A DNA stretch of 23,887 nt from an uncultured virus (IMG/VR IMGVR_UViG_3300029904_000008) (lineage: Duplodnaviria > Heunggongvirae > Uroviricota > Caudoviricetes). A program made the position numbers and the translations under genes. The first letter of the stretch is position 1; every line of letters begins with the position of its first letter. Under the pieces are notes generated by a model that was given only the letters and a program-made list of their open reading frames with translations, did no database searches and was not told where the DNA came from. The stretch lies in IMG/VR virus record IMGVR_UViG_3300029904_000008; one strand, written 5' to 3'. Below, one piece after another: positions 17,874 to 23,887 of the stretch.

Positions 17874-18245
17874 ATGAAAAAAGAAAAAGTAATATTAAAT
17901 GCAGGTGACAAAATGATATACTTTGCACCGCTATTTAAGCCCAGTATGCAAACCATCAAGGAAGTAACTGATCACAACATCCTCCTTGATAACCAGGTAA
18001 GGATTAAAATCAAACCCAACAAATCCGGAGAATTCGAAAGGGTTACTGGATTGGGATTTGTATTGCCCATAAATGAAGAATCTCAAAAGGTACTTGATGC
18101 TGCCAATGCCTATTATAAAATTGAGGATCTTCAATTAAGTGAACTGTATCAGAAAATCATAACCGATAGGGATCAAGATGCAGTAGATCGAATGCTCAAA
18201 ATAAAAAGGTTATACGATAAGATAATGAAATTGATAACAGAATGA
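17874..18245 (+). CDS. Hypothetical protein (123 aa)
   Basis: First ORF after the promoter; starts a chain of ATGA overlaps. Confidence 0.75.
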   Translation: MKKEKVILNAGDKMIYFAPLFKPSMQTIKEVTDHNILLDNQVRIKIKPNKSGEFERVTGLGFVLPINEESQKVLDAANAYYKIEDLQLSELYQKIITDRDQDAVDRMLKIKRLYDKIMKLITE

Positions 18246-18454
18246 AAACAGCACTGATAATAATAGGGTTTGCTTATATAGCAGCCCTATTCCCTACTAT
18301 TGCCCAAGTATACTACCAAAGGAAAGAACTTCACTGGAGGATACCTAAATTAATTCATTTCCTAAGTGTTTGGCTTCTTATGCCCTGGTTTATGCTTTGG
18401 AGAATTTTATATTTCGAACCGAAAGAATATATTAAAAGGAGGATGAGAAAATGA
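18242..18454 (+). CDS. Small two-TM membrane protein
   Basis: Two hydrophobic segments and a basic tail; ATGA overlaps on both sides. Confidence 0.7.
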   Translation: MKTALIIIGFAYIAALFPTIAQVYYQRKELHWRIPKLIHFLSVWLLMPWFMLWRILYFEPKEYIKRRMRK

Positions 18455-18684
18455 GAGTACACTTAAATAATAAAGATGAGATAAAGGGATATTCCGTCGG
18501 TATAGGAACTATTGCCTTATTCCTAATTCCTTTAATGATCCTAACTGCAATCTGTACGGCATTGTTTATGCCCCTATTTTGGGGATTCCTTATATACCTG
18601 AAAAAGGATAAACCCGTTCAACAATTGGTTATGGGATTAATGGCAGTACCTTGTATAATAATGTGGATTTCTTGGTTTATATGA
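18451..18684 (+). CDS. Small membrane protein (2 TM segments)
   Basis: Long hydrophobic stretches; ATGA overlaps. Confidence 0.7.
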   Translation: MRVHLNNKDEIKGYSVGIGTIALFLIPLMILTAICTALFMPLFWGFLIYLKKDKPVQQLVMGLMAVPCIIMWISWFI

Positions 18685-18920
18685 AAAGAGTAGAATTACA
18701 TTATTCCCCAGAGCAATTAGGGGAGATTAATAAGTTAATAAGGGATAGGCTCATTAAGGAGATAAAAGGGATGGGTATCCTAAGGGGTTTGCCTTCCGAT
18801 CAAATTGAGGATGAGATTAGGGTAGTGAATCATTACTTTGATGATATTAATACTATCCTGGGTGAGGGAGAATTTATTGCCCTTGAAAAAGGAGGAATTA
18901 TTGATGAGATGCTCACTTAA
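18681..18920 (+). CDS. Hypothetical protein (79 aa from MKRVELHY)
   Basis: The ATG at 18681 overlaps the previous TGA and is preferred over the TTG start at 18651. Confidence 0.7.
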   Translation: MKRVELHYSPEQLGEINKLIRDRLIKEIKGMGILRGLPSDQIEDEIRVVNHYFDDINTILGEGEFIALEKGGIIDEMLT

Positions 18921-18986
18921 ATTGTTCAGTTTTGTTATAATGATGTTGGTGATCCTAATTTGATTGGGAAATTAGATTAGGAAATT

Positions 18987-19050
18987 AGAGGATCCTTATC
19001 TATAGGTTTTATCCAAAACTTCCGGGGTAAGGATCCTCTTTAATGTGTGT
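18987..19050 (+). terminator. Long stem-loop terminator of the rightward operon
   Basis: AGAGGATCCTTATC...GGTAAGGATCCTCT with inner GTTTT-ATCC-AAAAC, followed by a T/G-rich tail. Confidence 0.65.
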
Positions 19051-19242
19051 TGTGTTTTGTGTAGGTATATATTTTGGGAGAGTGTCCCTTGTCTGAGGTC
19101 CCTTTATCATATTAGTCAAAGTTGTGGTAGTTGTGGGGATTGGAGAACCCCTTTAATATATAGGGAGGGGCCAGGTAGTTGCGGGGGCGAACGGTTGCAG
19201 TGGTCTGTTAAAAAATAACAAAAAAATAGGGGACAAACATAA

Positions 19243-19521
19243 TCAAAATAAATAAATGTGATACACAAACGTTTTACTTTTTTTCAATGTTTCACGTGAA
19301 ACAAATTTAACTTTTATTTTAAGAATTTCTAAAAATAGGTTAATTATGTCCGTTGTATAATCGTAGTGTCCGGCCTTATATGGCATGGTTAAATAACCTT
19401 TTTTTAGAACCTTTTTTTCGGTTAAATTGTTGAAAAAAATTACCTCAATTTTTTTCAATCGAGAAAAACGGCGGTTTTGTTCCGCCGTTTTTCCCAAAAA
19501 TTCAAGTGGTGTGCGTGTCAT
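19243..19521 (-). CDS. Doubtful ORF (92 aa) overlapping hairpins and parS
   Basis: Has an ATGA overlap with the upstream gene, but contains a terminator-like hairpin and the parS palindrome (read as VSRET). Confidence 0.3.
   Translation of the reverse strand: MTRTPLEFLGKTAEQNRRFSRLKKIEVIFFNNLTEKKVLKKGYLTMPYKAGHYDYTTDIINLFLEILKIKVKFVSRETLKKSKTFVYHIYLF
19288..19303. promoter_or_regulatory. parS: Perfect chromosomal-type parS site TGTTTCACGTGAAACA
   Basis: Exact match to the 16-bp palindromic consensus bound by chromosomal ParB/Spo0J. Confidence 0.85.
19430..19458. repeat. Perfect 12-bp inverted repeat TTGAAAAAAATT-ACCTC-AATTTTTTTCAA
   Basis: Read directly from the sequence. Confidence 0.8.
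19463..19493 (-). terminator. Bidirectional intrinsic terminator GAAAAACGGCGG-N7-CCGCCGTTTTTC
   Basis: Perfect 12-bp stem with T-runs on both strands, ~25 nt after the stop of 19518..19874. Confidence 0.75.
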
Positions 19522-19874
19522 TTTTTTGCAATTTCAAGTGCTTTTTGCAAAATTTTTTTGTTAACATCTTTCATATTTTCAGAGCAAACCGACTGCAAAG
19601 TATAATCAGTAACGGCGTACACTTGTTTATAAAGTTCATTAAATTGTTTTTTTGCTTTTGCGTCCGTGGGTGCATTGCAAAGCGTTTCCGCAAAAGCAAG
19701 TATCATTTTTCTGATTTTTCGTCTAAATACTTTTGCTTGTGCATCAGTCATTCCGTTAATTAATTCTTTTTTGAACACAGAGCGGTGTGAATTTTCAAGT
19801 GATAAATTAATACCAGATTTTGCAAGATTCGCAAAAATTGTGTCCATTACATTGTTTGTTGTTTTTGTTGCCAT
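19518..19874 (-). CDS. Basic helical hypothetical protein (118 aa, MATKTTNNVMD...), candidate immediate-early gene
   Basis: ATG at 19874 has a typical A-rich leader downstream of the promoter at 19942-19973; the longer start in the ORF track spans the promoter. Confidence 0.8.
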   Translation of the reverse strand: MATKTTNNVMDTIFANLAKSGINLSLENSHRSVFKKELINGMTDAQAKVFRRKIRKMILAFAETLCNAPTDAKAKKQFNELYKQVYAVTDYTLQSVCSENMKDVNKKILQKALEIAKK

Positions 19875-19941
19875 AATTGTAAATTTTTTAATTGTTAAAC
19901 TTGAATTTGTGATTGTGTGCTTTTTTCTCATTTGCACGTTG

Positions 19942-19973
19942 CAAAGGTACGCATTTTTTTTTATTCTCGCAAA
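19942..19973 (-). promoter_or_regulatory. Bacteroidota primary-sigma promoter (TTTG-N20-TACCTTTG)
   Basis: Minus strand TTTG cgagaataaaaaaaaatgcg TACCTTTG, with A-tracts upstream. Confidence 0.88.
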
Positions 19974-20563
19974 CATTTTCAAAAGTTTTTTCAAAAAATA
20001 TTATATTCTTGATTTATATCAAAAAAATTTTTCAAAAAAGATTTTTTAATATCAAAAATTTTGAAAATCAAAAATTATTTTTATATACGTGCGTATGCGC
20101 ATACATATATTATATATTTAACAACTACTTAATAAACTTTACAGAACTTAACAAATCACTAAAAATTTACAAAAATTTAATGAACAAAAGGAATTTTTAT
20201 ATTTATCATAATTTTTGCAGACATCAAAATTTGTGAGAATAAAAAACAAACATATAGAGTGTGGGTATGTGCCCCGCCTCCGGGGAGCCGGCATGGTGGT
20301 AAGTATCTTAGGGGTATGTCTTATATTAAGGTATGTGATTGTGATATAGGATAATATGGATTTAAGGCCATCCCCTCCCCCTATATTTATCCATTGCCTT
20401 TGGGGTAAGTAGGTACATGGGCCTTATTATATTATTAGAATTAGTATATAAGGATTTAAGGCTTAAGAGTGTATCAAAGTTAGCGTTTCAAAGTTAGCGA
20501 ATATGCTAGTAATTGGGGTAAGTATATAAGTAGTAATTTATGGTAAGTATTTAAGTATACACT

Positions 20564-20596
20564 AGAAAGCTTGCCCAGTTTCTCAACTAAGCAAGC
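20564..20596 (-). terminator. Intrinsic terminator with GAGA tetraloop
   Basis: Minus strand GCTTGCTTAGTT-GAGA-AACTGGGCAAGC followed by TTTCT; the G-U pairs work only on the minus strand. Confidence 0.7.
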
Positions 20597-20680
20597 CCAT
20601 TATGTTTAACAATTAAAATTGAATGTATATTACCCGGGATATATCACATAGGCCAGGTAATAAAAGCAAACAAATAGATA
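20564..20680 (-). ncRNA. Candidate 3'-UTR-derived small RNA (hairpin, U-rich seed, terminator)
   Basis: Hairpin at 20628-20662, an unpaired segment containing UUUUAAUUGUUAAAC, then the terminator hairpin; inferred from structure only. Confidence 0.3.
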
Positions 20681-20682
20681 GG

Positions 20683-21183
20683 TTATAATATGTAATAGTG
20701 ATATACTGTAGCAATACGTGTAATAGGATTATAATTTCCTATGTGCATGTTCGAATTTGGTATTTTAAGCTGATTTGGGAGATTATCCCAGTCGTATTCT
20801 TGGTTTGGAGCTTCTTGGAATTTTTCGAAGTCATCCTCCCAGATTTGAGAGTAAGTATAAATAGTAAGGACATCTGGGAAGAAGTCCATTTGTAATAAGG
20901 GGAAATCTCGTTGGTATATATAAAGTTGTTCTAGACCTTTTAGGACAGTTTCGAAATTTTGAGGATTTAATATATTGAAGTCCTCTGGTACGGTTTGATG
21001 GTAATAGATAACCAGTCTGTTTCTATTCTGGATTAGGTTATAGAGGTCATCTAGGGATAAGAAAGAGTATTTCTTTAAATAATCGGATAAGTTTATACCC
21101 TGTAACTGAAGAGATTCTAGAATGTTCTCGAGATGTATTTGAGTGAAATATATGGTGTGGTTGTTGAATTTGATTGTAATCAT
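20683..21183 (-). CDS. Hypothetical protein (166 aa)
   Basis: ATG ORF in the operon behind promoter 21686-21716. Confidence 0.75.
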   Translation of the reverse strand: MITIKFNNHTIYFTQIHLENILESLQLQGINLSDYLKKYSFLSLDDLYNLIQNRNRLVIYYHQTVPEDFNILNPQNFETVLKGLEQLYIYQRDFPLLQMDFFPDVLTIYTYSQIWEDDFEKFQEAPNQEYDWDNLPNQLKIPNSNMHIGNYNPITRIATVYHYYIL

Positions 21184-21213
21184 AGTGGTGAAGTTTTTAA
21201 AGGGTTATTAATA

Positions 21214-21651
21214 TTAGAAGGTTTCTGTGATGAAGATATAGAGTTGAGAGTTAAGAGGATTAGCGGATACTTGAAGATCGTTATCGGAGATTTCCCAGAT
21301 TTGTTGGGCAATATGGTTAGCCTCGACCTGAGAAAGAGTTTGGTCGTTTAGTGATATATAAATTAGGATTTGTGATTGTTCATCGGTAATATAGGATTTT
21401 AGATAAATGTGATTAATATTAAGAGAAGGCTTGGCATCGACGATTGATATTATGTAATCGATTTGTGTTGAAAGAAGTCCGGGAATGTCTGGGTTATCGA
21501 ATGCAATGTTGTTTTCGAAGGTGAGAGGGAAATTGAATTGAGGCAGTGGTGAACCAAAGTAGTTGGTTGCAAGGTGCGTGGCATATGGTTTATTGTCTAA
21601 AATACTTGCATAATTAGTTATATACTGATTAATTTGCTTTTCCATACTCAT
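21214..21651 (-). CDS. Hypothetical protein (~145 aa from MSMEKQ)
   Basis: Start moved downstream of the promoter (ATG 21651 or 21645). Confidence 0.7.
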   Translation of the reverse strand: MSMEKQINQYITNYASILDNKPYATHLATNYFGSPLPQFNFPLTFENNIAFDNPDIPGLLSTQIDYIISIVDAKPSLNINHIYLKSYITDEQSQILIYISLNDQTLSQVEANHIAQQIWEISDNDLQVSANPLNSQLYIFITETF

Positions 21652-21685
21652 AAAATTTAATTGATAAAACATAATTTTCACGGTG

Positions 21686-21716
21686 CAAAATTACGAATAA
21701 TATTTTAATTTGCAAA
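21686..21716 (-). promoter_or_regulatory. Bacteroidota primary-sigma promoter (TTTG-N19-TAATTTTG)
   Basis: Plus strand CAAAATTA at 21686-93 and CAAA at 21713-16. Confidence 0.82.
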
Positions 21717-21719
21717 GCT

Positions 21720-22800
21720 TTTTTATAAATATGTCCTTTATTGGGCTGGTGGTGAAGGATATCTCAGGATTGAATAGTAAATCTGGGGTGAGTATGAAAG
21801 TAGATATGTTTTAGAGGTACGTATTATGGGTTAGTAAGAAACTTTGCTTAGAAGAGCGTAAGTTTTTATTTACTAGTATTTATATGGCGTATAACTCGTA
21901 TGTTTGCTAGTATTTGGCAATAAATTGGTATCCCCAAGGGCCTTAATTCCTTAAAAATTTGAGGATAGGAAGGTAAAATTACACCGAGGATTTAATAAAT
22001 TATGGCTCTTTGGGGTACCTTGTTATTTATAATTTGTATAAATAGGCAAGCATTTTGAAGGCCTGAAAAGTAAAAGGATTTTACAAAATTAGGCAACTTG
22101 GTTAGCGATTTTAGTAAAAAATATTTACATATTTAGGCAATTCGGGGCAATAAAAATCGATGGGGATCCTTGAATTTGGGGTGCCATTTTATTGCTAGGA
22201 TCCCCAAAAATGGCATCTAGGATCTCTAATTTCCCCAAGATCCCCAAAATTTGAAGGAAAGCTATTCTGGCAATAGTGGACTAGGGTTCTGGCAATAGAA
22301 ATTTGGAACGTAGCCTTTCCGAGCACTTTATATATAATATATAGTAAAAAGGTAATGGGGATTTAGGGGATTTGGGGTGCCAAAATTGCAATTTTATGGA
22401 GGGTCAAGAGCTGCCTTTTTGTAAAATTGGGAAATTAGACATTAGCTAAATAGTATAGTAGAGATAGCTGGATGTACAGAGCTCCTTTCCCTAAAAATTT
22501 TTAGGATCACAAAAGCAGGATCCCCGCGCGACCCCCGCCCCTAGATCACAGTTAGTTTGTTATTATATTAGTATATATTATATTGGGTATTGGAGGATTG
22601 TGATTATGAGGTATTGATAGTATTCAGATTGTATGATAGCATTAGATTATGAATGTATTATTGTATTCAGGTATGTATATGTGTACCTTTATATGTGATA
22701 GGTATTATATAGATTGTTATTATATTTTTGTTTTTGTGTTTGGGAGGTGGGTATACACTTTAATAGGATCTCTAGGGATTGGTGATGTTAGAGATCCTAT
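21720..22800. other. ~1.1-kb non-coding region with clustered short direct and inverted repeats (candidate origin, pac site or genome-end region)
   Basis: No credible ORF. ATTTGGGGTGCCA x2, TTCTGGCAATAG x2, TAGGCAA x3, several GATCCCC/GGGGAT, and palindrome AAAATTGCAATTTT. Confidence 0.55.
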
Positions 22801-22801
22801 T
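22762..22801. terminator. Stem-loop just downstream of 22805..23149 (13-bp perfect stem)
   Basis: AATAGGATCTCTA-N14-TAGAGATCCTATT; lacks a U-tract on the minus strand. Confidence 0.5.
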
Positions 22802-22804
22802 GTA

Positions 22805-23149
22805 TTATTCTGGGTTCTGTGTTATGAGTTCGTTGTTTAGGTTGTGGTAGGAGAATTTTCGTATTTCGTCGTACCTATCTAAGTATTCCTCATAGGATTT
22901 TATTTGGAGATACTTAGTGAGGATCCAGTATCCGTATTCCCTTAGTCCTGCTTGTACTCCCTGGTCTTCGATTAGGAGACTGAAATATCTATATAGATCT
23001 TGGTTTTCCCAGTATATTAGGGATAAATCCGAATCTAACATTGAGGATATTATTTCTTGGAGAAGGGGTTGATCTCTTTTAGGTACTGATAATATCCAAG
23101 CCCATGTTGGGAAGGCTTTCTGAGCTAATTGTATTTCTTGTTTGTTCAT
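22805..23149 (-). CDS. Hypothetical protein (114 aa)
   Basis: ATG ORF in a tightly packed small-gene cluster. Confidence 0.75.
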   Translation of the reverse strand: MNKQEIQLAQKAFPTWAWILSVPKRDQPLLQEIISSMLDSDLSLIYWENQDLYRYFSLLIEDQGVQAGLREYGYWILTKYLQIKSYEEYLDRYDEIRKFSYHNLNNELITQNPE

Positions 23150-23162
23150 TGTTTATAAGTAT

Positions 23163-23330
23163 TTAGGATTTGGGTAATGTGATTATTCCTTGTTCGGCTA
23201 GCTGCTCTATTAGGTTATCGAGGATTTTATCGATTCGATCTAGTCTGTCTTCGATTACCTTCAGTCTCTTAGCATCGAATGGTAAGGGTTTTGCCGGAAT
23301 AGGTAATGGATTGTTCTTTAGTTCTTTCAT
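23163..23330 (-). CDS. Small coiled-coil hypothetical protein (55 aa, MKELKNNPLPIPAKPLPFDAKRLKVIEDRLDRIDKILDNLIEQLAEQGIITLPKS)
   Basis: Translated by hand (shorter than any ORF in the track); fills the gap exactly, with an ATGA overlap with 23327..23623. Confidence 0.75.
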   Translation of the reverse strand: MKELKNNPLPIPAKPLPFDAKRLKVIEDRLDRIDKILDNLIEQLAEQGIITLPKS

Positions 23331-23623
23331 AATTTATTGAATTGAAATGTTATTACTATTGGTATTCTTGGCATTTGTCTTGAGGGATGATCCATAGTTA
23401 CTGTTATTTCCCAGGTTTTAATGGTTTGAGATACTGAGCCATTTAGTATGATTAGTCTCTTACCTATGGTTAGGTTTATTATCTTGGATAACCTGGGATT
23501 TTCAGCTCTTTTGGTTATTTCTGATAGGAGTTTATCCTTGTCAGCCCGGGTTAATTCGTAATTATAGAGATCCTTGATTGTATTGAATAGGATCTCTATA
23601 TCTTGGATTCGAATGTTAATCAT
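23327..23623 (-). CDS. Hypothetical protein (98 aa)
   Basis: ATGA overlaps on both sides. Confidence 0.75.
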   Translation of the reverse strand: MINIRIQDIEILFNTIKDLYNYELTRADKDKLLSEITKRAENPRLSKIINLTIGKRLIILNGSVSQTIKTWEITVTMDHPSRQMPRIPIVITFQFNKL

Positions 23624-23871
23624 AGGTTTTGGTTTTCTGGAGCATTTATTATGTTTTCTGATACGTTGTCACTGAATAGGATAGTTTTTACTTCCTTGTG
23701 GGTATCGGTATCGATAATCATTAGATGGTTTTCATACCCGTCCAGTTCGGAAGTATCGATTTTACTGAAGTATTCTTTGACACTAGAAGCAATTATGGGT
23801 TCTAAATAGTCCGCATAGTCATGAGGAGAATCATAATCGATTTGGAATAGGATAAATAGGTACTTTTTCAT
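23620..23871 (-). CDS. Acidic hypothetical protein (83 aa)
   Basis: ATG ORF with an ATGA overlap. Confidence 0.75.
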   Translation of the reverse strand: MKKYLFILFQIDYDSPHDYADYLEPIIASSVKEYFSKIDTSELDGYENHLMIIDTDTHKEVKTILFSDNVSENIINAPENQNL

Positions 23872-23887
23872 CGTTCTGGTTCTGTTT

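Noticed and set aside
19506..20236. Plus-strand ORFs 19506..19763, 19666..20049 and 19913..20236, and the N-terminal extension of 19518..19994
   Set aside because: Phe/Lys-rich translations of homopolymer tracts; they overlap the promoter and the real minus-strand gene.
20260..22550. CRISPR array or mini-array interpretation of the repeats
   Set aside because: The repeats are <=14 nt, irregularly spaced and in mixed orientation; there is no repeat-spacer periodicity.
18921..22800. tRNA genes in the intergenic tracts
   Set aside because: No cloverleaf with a T-loop GTTCRA and matching acceptor stem was found by eye.
20698..23809. Plus-strand ORFs 20698..20895, 21133..21351, 22649..22840 and 23603..23809
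   Set aside because: They are antisense to better-supported genes or arise from the G+T-skewed non-coding tract.
1..23887. Stop-codon reassignment (alternative genetic code)
   Set aside because: Long genes are intact and densely packed under the standard code; the gaps look like true non-coding, repeat-rich DNA.

Overview
A 23.9-kb segment of a tailed dsDNA phage that probably infects Bacteroidota. The host inference rests on three consensus TTTG-N19/20-TAnnTTTG promoters and AT-rich leaders without Shine-Dalgarno sequences. It resembles large gut Bacteroides phages, but I cannot confirm a family. Positions 1-17.8 kb are a leftward late/structural region. In transcription order it holds a DUF5675-like putative cell-wall enzyme, an HExxH membrane protein, a divergent C5 cytosine methyltransferase, a cluster of long palindromes, a TM/beta-strand protein, and a large terminase interrupted by a 348-aa HNH-containing intein. 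These are followed by portal, protease-scaffold, decoration protein, major capsid, head-completion proteins and three fibre-like proteins; the last fibre runs off the left edge and is missing from the ORF track. Positions 17.8-23.9 kb hold small, early-type genes and large motif-rich non-coding tracts. The most striking element is a compositionally distinct ~1.05-kb island (19.2-20.26 kb). It carries a consensus host-type promoter, one unknown gene, paired hairpins and a perfect chromosomal-type parS site (TGTTTCACGTGAAACA), with no parB visible in the window. Next to it is a candidate sRNA complementary to that gene's translation leader. All functional calls come from motif recognition by eye; no searches were run.
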